A stretch of 64,000 nucleotides of DNA from an uncultured bacterium (GCA_963732385.1 CAVSZB010000007.1:576001-640000), one strand, 5' to 3'; shown: positions 1 to 9,920, numbered from the stretch's first letter. Translations and numbers: made by a program. The notes: generated from the letters alone by a model not told the origin.

Positions 1-138
1 AAAGATGAGATCGGCCAGATCGCCGCTGTCGAGCACCAGGACGCCGGCGCCGGGGGGCAGAGCGCCCGGCAGCGTGAAAGCCGCTTCACGGCCGCGACGC
101 GACCAGGGGTCCAGCAGGAGGTCGACGAGCGGGCGCAT
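1..138 (-). CDS. 5' part of a gene running off the window edge (MRPLVDLLLDPWSRRGREAAFTLPGALPPGAGVLVLDSGDLADLIF...); possibly GT9/heptosyltransferase-like
   Basis: Hand-translated open frame from ATG 138, GGAGG RBS upstream, directly downstream of lon. Product guess is weak. Confidence 0.55.
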   Translation of the reverse strand, partial: MRPLVDLLLDPWSRRGREAAFTLPGALPPGAGVLVLDSGDLADLIF

Positions 139-160
139 CACATTGACCTCCCCCGCCCCT

Positions 161-2563
161 TCAGTCCAGCCGCAGCCGCGGGAAGATCTCCCGCCAGACC
201 GCATCGATGTGCTTCACCGGAACAAAACGGATGTCGCGCGCCGCCTCCCGCGGGATCTCCTCCAGATCGGGCTCGTTGGCCGCCGGCAGAATGATCCGCC
301 GCACCCCCGCCCGATGCGCGGCAAGCACCTTCTCCTTGAGCCCGCCGATCGGCAGCACATCGCCGGTCAGGGTGATCTCCCCGGTCATGGCGGTGAGTCG
401 GTCGATCGGCCGGCCGAGCAGCAGCGACAGCATCACCGACGCCAGCGCGATGCCGGCGCTCGGTCCGTCCTTGGGGGTGGCCCCCGCCGGGATGTGAATA
501 TGCAGATCGTGGGCGCGGAAAAATTCGCGATGCTCCGGCCGCTCTCCGAACCGGCTGCGCAGGTAGGAAAAGGCGGCGCTGGCCGACTCCTGCATCACGC
601 TGCCGAGCTGGCCGGTCAGCTTCATGGCGCCGCTGCCGTTGGGCAGCAGCACCCCTTCCAGGTAAAGGATCTTCCCGCCGACGGCAGTCCACGCGAGCCC
701 CGTGGCCACGCCGACCCGCGCGCGGCTGCGCAGACGGTCATCCGAGTAGGGCGGCGAACCGAGATAATCGTTGAGGTTGGCGAGGCTGATGCGACGCTGC
801 ACGCGCTTCCCGCGGACCACCTCGCGCGCCACTTTCCGACACACCGCGCCGATGCGCCGCTCCAGTTCGCGCACCCCCGCCTCCCGCGTGTGCTCGGTGA
901 TGATCTGACGCAGGGCAGTGTCGGAAAAGCGGATCAACCCGCCGGAAAGCCCGTTCGACTCGACCTGCCGCGGTACCAGATAGCGTCGCGCGATCTCCAG
1001 CTTCTCGAGGTTCGTGTACCCCGCGAGGCTGATTATCTCCATCCGGTCGAGCAGGGGGCGCGGAATCGAGTCGAGAACATTCGCCGTCGTGATAAAGAGG
1101 ACCTTCGAGAGATCGAACGGCAGCGACAGGTAGTGATCCGTGAAGGACCAGTTCTGCTCCGGGTCGAGCACTTCGAGCAGCGCACTGGCCGGATCCCCGC
1201 GGAAGTCCTGACCGAGCTTGTCGATCTCATCGAGCATGATGAGAGGGTTGTTGGTCCCGCACTCCTTCAGCCCGGCGATGATCCGCCCCGGCATCGCGCC
1301 GACATAGGTGCGCCGGTGTCCGCGGATTTCGGCTTCGTCACGCATACCGCCCAGCGAGAAGCGGAAGAACTTGCGCCCGACCGCCTCCGCAACACTGCGC
1401 CCCAGCGACGTCTTGCCCACGCCCGGAGGTCCCACGAGGCAGAGAATGGGCCCGCGATTATCAGCCTTCAACTTGCGCACCGCGAGAAACTCGAGGATCC
1501 GTTCCTTGACGTCCGCCAATCCGTAATGGTCGCGCTCGAGCAGCCGTTCGGCGCGGCGCAGGTCGAGCTTGTCTTCCGAGGCCACGTGCCACGGCAGATC
1601 GAGCAGCCAGTCAACGTAGGTCTTGCTGACGGTGTACTCGCTGGCGCTGGGCGACATGCGCGAGAGACGTTCGTACTCCCGTTCGACGGCGGTGCGCGTC
1701 GTCTCGGGCAGGTCGGCGGCGGCGATCCGCTCCTTCAGCTCGTCCATCTCCACGGACGCCTCATCCGTGTCGCCCAACTCGCGCTGGATCGCCTTCAATT
1801 GCTGCCGCAGGTAGTACTCGCGCTGGTCCTTGTCGATCGACTTGCGCACGCGCAACTGCAGCTTGCGCCCCAGCTCCACGACCTCCAGCTCGCGCATTAC
1901 GATCTTCGCCAGCAGCTGGAGCCGCTTGCGCGGGCTCGGCTCCTCGAGAATCTGCTGCTTCTCGCCGATCTCGATGTCGAGATTGGTGGCGATCAGATCA
2001 GCAAGGCGGCCGGGATCGTCGATGTTCATGACGACGACCTTCAGCTCCTCGGACAGGTTCTCGCTGGCATCGACGATCTTCATGAAGTTGTTCGCAACGC
2101 CCCGCATGTAAGCCAGCGTGCGCGAGTCCCGGCTGTCATCCTCCGCAACGACCGATACCCGGCCCTTCAGATAAGGACGGCGCGACGTCAGTCCCCGCAG
2201 CTGCACGCGCGCGACCCCCTGCCCGAGCAGTCGCATGCTGCCGTCCGGGAAGCGCAGCATCTTCTGCAGCTTGACCGCAGTGCCGACGCTGTAGATCAGT
2301 TTTTCCTCCTCGCCGGAGGTTTCCGTCTCTTCTTCATCCTCTTCTTCCGAAGAGGGGCGCTGCGCGAACGCGCCGAGCATCTTGTCGCCCGCCAGGCAAT
2401 CGTCCGCGAGCTGGATCAGCTTGCGGTCGCTCAGGACCAGGGGCACCATCATGAAGGGGAAGATGACCGCTTCGCTGATCGGCAGGATCGGCAGCACGTC
2501 CGGGACGCGCACCTCCGCCATGTCAGGCCCGTCGGCACCGCCCCTGGTCTTTTCGCCGCTCAT
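161..2563 (-). CDS. lon: ATP-dependent Lon protease (endopeptidase La)
   Basis: LON N-domain, Walker [22 protein letters not shown], catalytic PKDGPSAG and distal Lys (GGLKEK). Start chosen at ATG 2563 after GGAG. Confidence 0.97.
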   Translation of the reverse strand: MSGEKTRGGADGPDMAEVRVPDVLPILPISEAVIFPFMMVPLVLSDRKLIQLADDCLAGDKMLGAFAQRPSSEEEDEEETETSGEEEKLIYSVGTAVKLQKMLRFPDGSMRLLGQGVARVQLRGLTSRRPYLKGRVSVVAEDDSRDSRTLAYMRGVANNFMKIVDASENLSEELKVVVMNIDDPGRLADLIATNLDIEIGEKQQILEEPSPRKRLQLLAKIVMRELEVVELGRKLQLRVRKSIDKDQREYYLRQQLKAIQRELGDTDEASVEMDELKERIAAADLPETTRTAVEREYERLSRMSPSASEYTVSKTYVDWLLDLPWHVASEDKLDLRRAERLLERDHYGLADVKERILEFLAVRKLKADNRGPILCLVGPPGVGKTSLGRSVAEAVGRKFFRFSLGGMRDEAEIRGHRRTYVGAMPGRIIAGLKECGTNNPLIMLDEIDKLGQDFRGDPASALLEVLDPEQNWSFTDHYLSLPFDLSKVLFITTANVLDSIPRPLLDRMEIISLAGYTNLEKLEIARRYLVPRQVESNGLSGGLIRFSDTALRQIITEHTREAGVRELERRIGAVCRKVAREVVRGKRVQRRISLANLNDYLGSPPYSDDRLRSRARVGVATGLAWTAVGGKILYLEGVLLPNGSGAMKLTGQLGSVMQESASAAFSYLRSRFGERPEHREFFRAHDLHIHIPAGATPKDGPSAGIALASVMLSLLLGRPIDRLTAMTGEITLTGDVLPIGGLKEKVLAAHRAGVRRIILPAANEPDLEEIPREAARDIRFVPVKHIDAVWREIFPRLRLD

Positions 2564-2618
2564 CGCACGCCCGCTCCTCTCCCCGTCTGCGCGGCCGCGG
2601 GGCCGCCGCCGCCCCCCC

Positions 2619-3068
2619 TCACGCGTCGACATCTATCCGCCGTCGCGTGAACGTGCGTCGCTTGCCCTTGCGCAGCTCCACGAACAGGAATCCGTTGCGG
2701 TAGCGCGCGACCGCCCCTTGCGGATCGATCTCGATCGGGACCGCGATACGGCGCTCGAACGGCCCCACGCTGATCTCCATCTTGAAATAGTGCTTCTTGC
2801 CGGGCGGGGCGATGTCGCGCCTCACGCCCCGCACCACGAGACAGTCACCGTCGAGCGCCACCTCGATGCCGCGCGGCTCGAGTCCCGCCAGGTCTATCTG
2901 CACGACAAACGCCTCCGCGGTTTCGTAGGCATCTGTGGCCGGGCGCCAGGAAAGGTCTCCCTCCCCCGGCAGACCCGCCTCCTGCCCGGAGAACGAGGTG
3001 ACGAGGATTTCGAAAACATCCTCCGCCCCACCCCGGTTCTCGGGATTGCCCGCGCGCTCGCCGAGCAT
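2619..3068 (-). CDS. Hsp20/alpha-crystallin small heat-shock protein
   Basis: WRPATDAYET...DLAGL...GPFERRI..P..ID...A.YRNGFL alpha-crystallin pattern; common hsp20-lon pairing. Confidence 0.9.
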   Translation of the reverse strand: MLGERAGNPENRGGAEDVFEILVTSFSGQEAGLPGEGDLSWRPATDAYETAEAFVVQIDLAGLEPRGIEVALDGDCLVVRGVRRDIAPPGKKHYFKMEISVGPFERRIAVPIEIDPQGAVARYRNGFLFVELRKGKRRTFTRRRIDVDA

Positions 3069-3112
3069 GGTCCGCCCCCTGACTGGTCCGCGACAAGACA
3101 TTTGCCGGCCGG

Positions 3113-3141
3113 ATGTTAACGGGCAACCGCGAAAGCGTCAA
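3113..3141 (-). promoter_or_regulatory. sigma70-type promoter for hsp20-lon
   Basis: TTGACG-N17-TAACAT on minus strand, ~45 nt upstream of the hsp20 ATG. Confidence 0.6.
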
Positions 3142-3280
3142 CCGCGACCATGCCGCCCGCGGCATTGTCCACCGGAACGCGCAAACCTGGAATCGGTGGC
3201 CGCCCAGCCCCGGAAACTCCACCCGTTTCCGGAGCTGGTCGCGGCGGTGAGGGATCCGTTCCGACGCTGTTCCCGCCACG

Positions 3281-4345
3281 CTACGCGCCTCTGTCTCCCG
3301 GTCGGTCCCCCTCATCCCAGACGGCACCCCACTGCTGCAGCAGTTCCTCGGCGGCCGGGTGCAGCGCCCGCGGCGCGCCCACGCGGCGCCACGCCCTGGT
3401 GAGTCGTCCGTCAGCGTTGGCGGCGAAGCAATCCCCCTGCGCGCCGACACGCGCCGTGCGCCGCGCTCCCGGCGACAGCGTCAACGCGGTCACGCCGATG
3501 CGGCGCGACCGCAGACGCCGCCACAACAGCGTCAGCAGACGCCGCCAGCCGGCGAGGGTATCGGGCAGGCGCGTCCCGGCGAGCTCGCTCTGCTCCCAGA
3601 CTTCGTCCCGGCGCACGCGCAGGGTCCACGATACGCGTCCGTCCGGGCCCTCGGGAGCGGCCAACAGCGCGCGCGCCGCCACCGCCTGCAACAGCGCCGC
3701 CGTCCCCTCGACGCCGGTCAGGGGCCGCGCGAGACTGACCGTCACCACCGGCCGGCCGCCGGGGCGCTCCCGACCCAACGGCGCGACGTCGTGCCCCGAG
3801 GCGACCGCCGCGATCCCGGCCCCATCCGTTCCGAGCAGTCCGGCCAGCAACGCCGGCGGCAGCACCTGCACTTCCCCCAGCGTCCGCACGCCACGCCCCG
3901 ACAGCAGCCTCACGGAGGCGGCGTGGCAGACACCCAGCACGGTCAGCGGGTACGGCGAGAGAAAGCGGGGCACCCCGGCAAGGAGGAGGTACAGGAGCGT
4001 GCAGGCGCCGCGCTCGCCCGCCACGCAGCGCGAGGCAAGCGCTGCCGCCAGACGCGATGGTGCAGCGCCACCCGCCAGCGGACCCCAGACGCGGGACGCC
4101 TCACGGCACAGGCGGGCCGGACCATCGGCGCCTCGCCCATACAGCCGGCCGGTGCCGGTCAGGTCGAGATGAACGCCATCGTCGGCCGCCTCCCAGGCGG
4201 GAGCCCAGCGGTCGCAGTGGGCCGCCACCTCCCTGCCGGCCCAGGCGGGATCGCGGGGGCGCAGATGGAGCAGGCAGCGCGGCGCGATCTCCCGTGCACC
4301 GCCACTAGAGACGCCGGAGCACGCCGATGACGACGCCCTGCACAC
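3281..4345 (-). CDS. ImuB/DinB-like Y-family polymerase homolog, probably catalytically inactive; start uncertain
   Basis: GVHLDLTGTGRLYG and AAPSRLAAALAS resemble the ImuB/Y-family palm; HhH-like region (LGVCHAASVRLLSGRGVRTLGEV). Catalytic DMDxFY/SIDE motifs absent. Lies immediately downstream of lexA. Confidence 0.7.
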   Translation of the reverse strand: MCRASSSACSGVSSGGAREIAPRCLLHLRPRDPAWAGREVAAHCDRWAPAWEAADDGVHLDLTGTGRLYGRGADGPARLCREASRVWGPLAGGAAPSRLAAALASRCVAGERGACTLLYLLLAGVPRFLSPYPLTVLGVCHAASVRLLSGRGVRTLGEVQVLPPALLAGLLGTDGAGIAAVASGHDVAPLGRERPGGRPVVTVSLARPLTGVEGTAALLQAVAARALLAAPEGPDGRVSWTLRVRRDEVWEQSELAGTRLPDTLAGWRRLLTLLWRRLRSRRIGVTALTLSPGARRTARVGAQGDCFAANADGRLTRAWRRVGAPRALHPAAEELLQQWGAVWDEGDRPGDRGA

Positions 4346-4907
4346 GCACCCGCTCCTCGGACAGGACCAGCGGGGAAAGCTCGTGGTTCGCCGGCTCGAG
4401 ACGGATCAGACCGCCGTCGCGGCGGAACCGCTTGACCGTGACCCCTTCGCCATCCACGAGTGCGATGACCGTTTCCCCGTTGCGCGCCGTTTCGCGTTCT
4501 TCGACGATGACGATGTCGCCGTCGCGGATCTGCTCTTCGATCATCGAATCGCCCCGCACGCGCAGGGCGAAGGTGCGGGCGCGGCCGAGCCACCCCTCCG
4601 GCAGTTCGAGCTGTTCCGTCTCGGGCAGCGGTTCGATGGGCCTTCCGGCCGCCACAGCGCCGAGCAGCGGTACTGTCCGGGCGGCGCGCGTGCCGGGGGG
4701 CGCCATCACCTCGAGCTCCCGACGCGCGTGCCGTACGTGACGCAGGCGGCCCTGCGCCACGAGCCGGCTGACGTGCTTGTGCACCGTCGCCACCGACGAG
4801 AGCGAGAGGTGCTGCGCGATCTCCACCAGCGTCGGCGCATAGCCGTGGCGACGCGTGTATTCCTCGATAAATGTCAGGATTTCCGCCTGGCGCGGCGTCA
4901 GCCCCAT
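4305..4907 (-). CDS. lexA: LexA SOS repressor
   Basis: N-terminal wHTH (LTPRQAEIL...PTLVEIA), Ala-Gly cleavage site (VAAG), Ser (GDSM) and Lys (TVKRF) catalytic dyad. Confidence 0.96.
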   Translation of the reverse strand: MGLTPRQAEILTFIEEYTRRHGYAPTLVEIAQHLSLSSVATVHKHVSRLVAQGRLRHVRHARRELEVMAPPGTRAARTVPLLGAVAAGRPIEPLPETEQLELPEGWLGRARTFALRVRGDSMIEEQIRDGDIVIVEERETARNGETVIALVDGEGVTVKRFRRDGGLIRLEPANHELSPLVLSEERVRVQGVVIGVLRRL

Positions 4908-4963
4908 GTTCCAGCCTCCGGTCGACGCGGGCCGGCGCGGTGGACCGCCGCACCTTGGCGATC

Positions 4964-5004
4964 ATTATGGGCGAAACATAGACGAAAGTCCAGCCCGAAA
5001 CATA
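4964..5004 (-). promoter_or_regulatory. lexA promoter with overlapping direct repeats (candidate SOS box)
   Basis: Minus strand TGGACT-N17-CATAAT; TATGTTTCG occurs twice and TTTCG three times across the promoter. Confidence 0.6.
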
Positions 5005-5010
5005 CCCGCC

Positions 5011-5946
5011 TCACGCCGACGAATCGCGCCAGACCGGCCGCTCCTGACGGAGCGGGCCGTCCCGCAGCAGCGCCTCGGCCTCCGCCCGGGTCGGCAGTCC
5101 CGCCCGCCCGCCGAGCGCGCGGCAGCCATGCGCCGCAACGGCGGCGCCCCACGCGAGGCAGGTGTCGAAATCGCGGCCGAGTCCCCGGGCGAAAGCGTAG
5201 CCGGCATGGAAAGCATCGCCCGCACCGGTCGTATCGACGACCGGGACGGCAAAAGCCGGCCGGTGCTCCGCCACGCCGTCGACCAGCCGCAGACAACCGG
5301 CCGCGCCGAAGGTCGAGACCACGCGCGCGGGACCGCGGCGCGCCAGCGCCCGCAGCGCGTCTCCGGGGTCGGGCTCGCCGGTCAAAGCCGGCGCGAAGGC
5401 GGCGGAGGCGATCACGTCGTCGCACAGTTCCACGAGTTCGGACAGGCCGGGTCGCACACTGCCGCCGTCGAGCACCACCGGGATGCCACGGCTGCGCGCC
5501 GCCCGCGCCAGCGCCGACGCGGCCGCCGGTTCGTGGCTGTCGCACAGCAGCACATCGATGCCGTCGAGCCAGTCCGCGTCGATCTCCGCCACGGCAAGCG
5601 GTTCGAGATCGCCCCGGCACCAGAGGATCGAGCGCGAGCCGTCGGCGTCGATCAGGCTGACGGCGAGCGGCGACGCGGCGCCCGGACGCACCGGCGAGAG
5701 GGCCAGGTCCACCCCCGCGCCGGCCAGTTCCAGCCGCTGCAAACGCCCGGCAAGATCATCCGCCAGCGGTGTGACCAGACGGACCCGCGCGCCGAGCCGC
5801 GCCAGCGCCACCGCCGCGGTGGCGGCCGGCCCGCCGCCCCCCATGGTCAGCCCAGGCGTTTCGAGTTTTGCATCGCGTGGTATCGACGCCGGCAGCGGCG
5901 CAAGGACATCCCAGGCATTGTAGCCGACCACCAGCAGTGACGGCAT
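5011..5946 (-). CDS. PfkB/ribokinase-family carbohydrate kinase
   Basis: GGGPAATAAVALARLG and VVDTTGAGDAF signatures. Confidence 0.93.
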   Translation of the reverse strand: MPSLLVVGYNAWDVLAPLPASIPRDAKLETPGLTMGGGGPAATAAVALARLGARVRLVTPLADDLAGRLQRLELAGAGVDLALSPVRPGAASPLAVSLIDADGSRSILWCRGDLEPLAVAEIDADWLDGIDVLLCDSHEPAAASALARAARSRGIPVVLDGGSVRPGLSELVELCDDVIASAAFAPALTGEPDPGDALRALARRGPARVVSTFGAAGCLRLVDGVAEHRPAFAVPVVDTTGAGDAFHAGYAFARGLGRDFDTCLAWGAAVAAHGCRALGGRAGLPTRAEAEALLRDGPLRQERPVWRDSSA

Positions 5947-6041
5947 GACCGCTCTCCGTTGCCGCCCGGCAAGGCGGCGTGCTAAGCTGCCCGATCGTGA
6001 CCGGATCGTTGGGAACGCCGGGGACGGCCGGGAGGGGTACG

Positions 6042-6386
6042 ATGGAAACCTGTCTGTTCTGCGCGATCGCCGCCGGCCGCATCCCAAGCCGGCAGGCGTT
6101 CAGTGACGAAGCGATCGTGGCCTTTCACGACATCGACCCGCAGGCGCCGACCCACATCCTGCTGATCCCGCGGCGCCACGTCGCCTCTCTGGCCGACCTC
6201 ACCGCGGCGGACGCCGGCCTGCTGGAACACCTCGCCACCACGGCCGCGCGACTGGCGCGCGAACTCGGCCTGGAAACCGCCGGTTACCGTCTGGTCATCA
6301 ACTGTGGCGAGGCGGCGGGTCAGACCGTTCCCCACCTGCATCTGCATCTGCTGGCCGGACGCCGTCTGGGGTGGCCGCCCGGCTGA
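6042..6386 (+). CDS. Histidine triad nucleotide-binding protein (HinT-like)
   Basis: CLFCAI...HDIDPQAPTH...GQTVPHLHLHLL...WPPG; GGAGG RBS. Confidence 0.95.
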   Translation: METCLFCAIAAGRIPSRQAFSDEAIVAFHDIDPQAPTHILLIPRRHVASLADLTAADAGLLEHLATTAARLARELGLETAGYRLVINCGEAAGQTVPHLHLHLLAGRRLGWPPG

Positions 6387-6536
6387 CGGCGTCCCGCGGT
6401 TGCCCCGCGCGCGGCGTCGGTCACAGCCCGCAGGTCGCCCACGCGACCCGCTTGATGCGCTCGTTCGCGGAGTGCGTACGCCGGGGCGTCCCGCCATTCT
6501 CCATGTAATATTCACACGGTCGGACCGCGGCGGGAA

Positions 6537-8165
6537 TCAGTAAAGTAAATATTGATTCAGGTTGACTCCCTGCGGCAGGTTGCGGATGTAGCGCACGAGA
6601 CGCACCTCATCATCGCTGATGGCCGCCTCCATCTCGCCCTGCGTGTCGAGGCCCGGGATCGCCGGCGGGAGCGGCACATAATGCGCAGCGTACTTCATGA
6701 TGTGCAGGTCGCCGCACTCGCTGTGGCTGCCGATGCAGAGGGCGTGGCCGAACTCGTGCAACACGACCCCCTGCGCCGATCCCAGGTAATTGAAATCGCG
6801 CCTCAGCTGCATCTGCATCCTGATCGGCACCACCTTGTCGATAGTGGCGCCAGGCGGATCGACGATGGTTACCAATCCGAAGTACTCGAAGTTTCTGAAG
6901 ATGACCTTCAGGTCCGCGGCCACGCTGTCCTCGGTGCTTTCGAAGAACGCCCCGCCCAGCCGCGCATTCCAGGCGGACGCGGCGGCGTAGACGAGCGGCC
7001 CCATTTCGAATCCGCCCGGGGTCAGCCAGTCCGCGGTCGACTGCACCCAGTAGCGGATAGGGTAATGATCCCAGCGGTAGAGGCGGGCGCTGCTGACGAC
7101 GTCAGTGAACGTCATCCTTTTCAGGAAAGCGAGAAATTCCCCTCCGTAAACCGACGCGGAGCAGTACGGGTCGAGCGCCGGATCGCCCTGCGGAGTCTTC
7201 GCGGCGACGAGCAACATCGTCCGCGGATAGGGCCCCGCCGCCGACAGCGTGTCGGTCCGGATGTCATAGTACGTGCCGATCTCCGGCCCGGCTTCGTCGC
7301 GCAGCGTCAGCACGTACCGGTCGATGTCCCGGAAGCCCGCGAGACACCCCGTCGGCCCCGGCAGGGTGAAGCTGCCATCGCCGGCCGTGATGGTCTTCAG
7401 TTCCGGCGCTTCACCCACGCTCACCAGGATGCCGTCGAGCGGTTCGCCGCCGAGCCCGACCGCCGTTCCGGTGATGCGATACGCCCCGGCCACCCGCACC
7501 CGCGGCGCCACTTCCAGCGGCGACAGCCGACCGGCTTCGTCCTCCGCGCGCACCCCCGCCCAGACGGAGTCGCCGCCGGCCAGACCGGCGTATGCGTAAA
7601 CATAGCCGGCCGTCGCCTCCAGGCTCGGCACCTCTACCAGAAATTCCGCCGCGTCCCAGTTCAGCTCGGTCAACGGCACGTCATGCCTCAGCGCCACCAG
7701 ATAGCGGACGACCGGGAGCGGGTTGAGCTCCGGGGCGGCGCGCCACCAATTCACGCGCAGCGTCCCTGGACACGCGCCGATAACCGCCGTCAGCCCCGAC
7801 ACCGGCGCCGGACGATCGCCGTACACGCTCTCCACCGTGATCCGCCAGTCCTTTGCAACGGCCTCCGCCCCCGGCACCTCGGCCCGCAGCGAATCCAGGC
7901 CGGCCCGCACCGCCGCATAGGTATAGGAAAGCCCGGTGGCGAGGATCGTATCCCCCCGCCGAAATTCCGCCACCACCGCGGTCCCCTCCAACGTCCGCGC
8001 CGCGAAGGAGACCTGCCCCAGGTAGGGCACGGTTACGTCATCGCCCGCGGGCGTGAAGAGATAGGCCGGCGGCGGCGGAGGCGGCGTCGGAGCATCACCA
8101 CAACCGGCAGTCCCGAGCAGACCCAGCAGGACGCCCGAGATCAGAATAAATGCCCGTGGTTTCAT
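6537..8165 (-). CDS. Lipoprotein with Fn3/Ig-like domains and C-terminal zincin (matrixin-like) metalloprotease domain
   Basis: Lipobox TAGC, Pro-rich linker, HEFGHALCIGSH followed by Met-turn-like HIMK. Confidence 0.75.
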   Translation of the reverse strand: MKPRAFILISGVLLGLLGTAGCGDAPTPPPPPPAYLFTPAGDDVTVPYLGQVSFAARTLEGTAVVAEFRRGDTILATGLSYTYAAVRAGLDSLRAEVPGAEAVAKDWRITVESVYGDRPAPVSGLTAVIGACPGTLRVNWWRAAPELNPLPVVRYLVALRHDVPLTELNWDAAEFLVEVPSLEATAGYVYAYAGLAGGDSVWAGVRAEDEAGRLSPLEVAPRVRVAGAYRITGTAVGLGGEPLDGILVSVGEAPELKTITAGDGSFTLPGPTGCLAGFRDIDRYVLTLRDEAGPEIGTYYDIRTDTLSAAGPYPRTMLLVAAKTPQGDPALDPYCSASVYGGEFLAFLKRMTFTDVVSSARLYRWDHYPIRYWVQSTADWLTPGGFEMGPLVYAAASAWNARLGGAFFESTEDSVAADLKVIFRNFEYFGLVTIVDPPGATIDKVVPIRMQMQLRRDFNYLGSAQGVVLHEFGHALCIGSHSECGDLHIMKYAAHYVPLPPAIPGLDTQGEMEAAISDDEVRLVRYIRNLPQGVNLNQYLLY

Positions 8166-8205
8166 GGTTAAAGAATACGGGAAATCAGCGTCGCCGCAAA
8201 GTTGA

Positions 8206-9819
8206 TCAGCGAACAGGAGCCGGCTCCCGCTTCCGTTCGGCGATCCACCATTGGCCAATGTTGTTGAAGGACGACAGCACGTGCGGCCGCACACCGCGCA
8301 GCCGCGGGCCGACGCCGCAGAGCGTCTCCGGGTAGAAGAGGAAGGCGAACGGCGCGTCCTCCGCCACGAACCGCTGCAGTCGGATCCAGAGCGGCCTGGC
8401 GCGAGCCCGGTCGGGACAGGCGAGAGCGGCGTCGAGCAACGAATCGACCGTGGCGTTAGCATAGCCGCCGTAATTGAAGCGGTCCGTGGCGTCGGAGCGG
8501 AGCTGGGCCGACGGATCGGGCACCAGCCGGGGCTGGAAGTAGCCGAGATAGCCGTCGAAGCGCCCCTGCCGCACCTCGTCGAGCGCGGCGCCAAATTCGA
8601 GGATCCGCGGACGCAGCTCCACCCCCACTTCCCGCAGATTCCCGGCGATGAGCGCCGCCCCATCCTCCCGCACCGGATCGCCCTTGCGTGTGATCAGCAA
8701 CAGCGACAGACGGCGGCCGTCCCGCTCGCGAATGCCGTCTCCGTCGGTGTCGCGCCAGCCGGCGGCGTCGAGCAGATCCCGCGCGCGCTGCGGATCGTGT
8801 CCATCGGGGCGCAGCGCCGTGTCGTGGGCCCAGAGACAGGGCGGGATGATGCTGGACGCCGGCACTGCGTATCCGCACAGGAGACCGTCGACGAACGCGG
8901 CGCGATCGATGGCGAACGACAGGGCGCGGCGCACCGCCCGGTCGGCCAGCAGGGGGCTGCGCATATTCCACTGCACCTGCCCCACCAACCGTCCGCCGAC
9001 CCGGAGTACGGACGCCCGGCCTGACGCAGCAAGGGCGCGCGCCGCCTGTGGCGGAATCTCGTCCACGAAGTCGACGCCGCCCGTTTCCAGTTCGATCAAT
9101 CGCGAGGTCTCGTCCGGGATGATCCGGAAGACCAGGCGATCGAGCCGCGGTCGTGGCCCGGGATAGCGTTCGTTGCGCGTCAGCACCAGCTGGCGGTTGC
9201 GCTGCCAGCTCTCGAGCACATACGCACCCGAGGCGAGCGGCTGCTGGTTGAGCGGCCATTCGCGCACGCGGGACGGTTCAAGCTCGGCGGTCCGGTGCGC
9301 CGGCAGGATCGCGTGCGCGGCGGCAAACAGCGCCTCGGTCAGCGGACGGCGGACCCGGAAATCGTAGCGCACCGTGGCGGGGTCGATCGGCGTCACCGCA
9401 GCGACATTGGCCAGGCCGCCTCCCCGCGGACTGGCAACGACCGGATCGGTCAACAGCGCAAAGCTTGTCGCCACGTCACGCGAGGTCAACGGCGCGCCGT
9501 CGGACCAGACCCAGGGCCGCAGCCGGAAGGTCACGGAGAGGCTGTCCGGGGCGAACGTCCAGTCGCTGGCGATGCAGGGATGGAACTCGAGATCCTCGCC
9601 CATCTCGACGAGGCCGTCCTGCATCAGCCCCAGGATCTGGTTCGCGTAGGCGGAACCGGTGAGCAGCGAGTTGAGAACATCCGGCTCGGCCGCCAGGGCG
9701 ATGATGGCCGTACCGCCGGCGCGCGGCTCCGGACCGGACGCCCCGCCGCAGCCGGCGCCGGTCCACACGCCCGCGAGCGCCACCCCCAGGGCGAGAATCG
9801 TAGCCCGCCATCCGCCCAT
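8206..9819 (-). CDS. ABC transporter substrate-binding lipoprotein, family 5 (peptide/nickel)
   Basis: Lipobox GAGC; TFRLRP..WSDGAPLTSRDV; VRRALSFAIDR; GWRDTDGDGIRERDG. Confidence 0.93.
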   Translation of the reverse strand: MGGWRATILALGVALAGVWTGAGCGGASGPEPRAGGTAIIALAAEPDVLNSLLTGSAYANQILGLMQDGLVEMGEDLEFHPCIASDWTFAPDSLSVTFRLRPWVWSDGAPLTSRDVATSFALLTDPVVASPRGGGLANVAAVTPIDPATVRYDFRVRRPLTEALFAAAHAILPAHRTAELEPSRVREWPLNQQPLASGAYVLESWQRNRQLVLTRNERYPGPRPRLDRLVFRIIPDETSRLIELETGGVDFVDEIPPQAARALAASGRASVLRVGGRLVGQVQWNMRSPLLADRAVRRALSFAIDRAAFVDGLLCGYAVPASSIIPPCLWAHDTALRPDGHDPQRARDLLDAAGWRDTDGDGIRERDGRRLSLLLITRKGDPVREDGAALIAGNLREVGVELRPRILEFGAALDEVRQGRFDGYLGYFQPRLVPDPSAQLRSDATDRFNYGGYANATVDSLLDAALACPDRARARPLWIRLQRFVAEDAPFAFLFYPETLCGVGPRLRGVRPHVLSSFNNIGQWWIAERKREPAPVR

Positions 9820-9891
9820 GCCCACTCCCGCCGCCCGGATGAACCAACGCCGCGGCCCCTCCGGCAGGGAGGGGCCGCGGGCCGGAACGTG

Positions 9892-9920
9892 ATGCTAAGG
9901 AGCGGACGCGCCGCCGTCAA
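9892..9920 (-). promoter_or_regulatory. sigma70-type promoter for the substrate-binding protein gene
   Basis: TTGACG-N17-TAGCAT on minus strand. Confidence 0.55.

Noticed and set aside
5..2650. 881-aa plus-strand ORF and many other long antisense/alternate-frame ORFs (e.g. 6552-8171, 13459-15204, 35468-37300, 52087-54045)
   Set aside because: Shadow ORFs of well-supported genes in high-GC DNA; Arg/Pro-rich and without motifs.
3171..3265. Identification of the hairpin as SRP or 6S RNA
   Set aside because: Lacks the SRP GGAA-loop motif and is too short for typical 6S; kept only as an unassigned structure.
6421..6504. 27-aa minus-strand ORF (MENGGTPRR...)
   Set aside because: No RBS or motif support.
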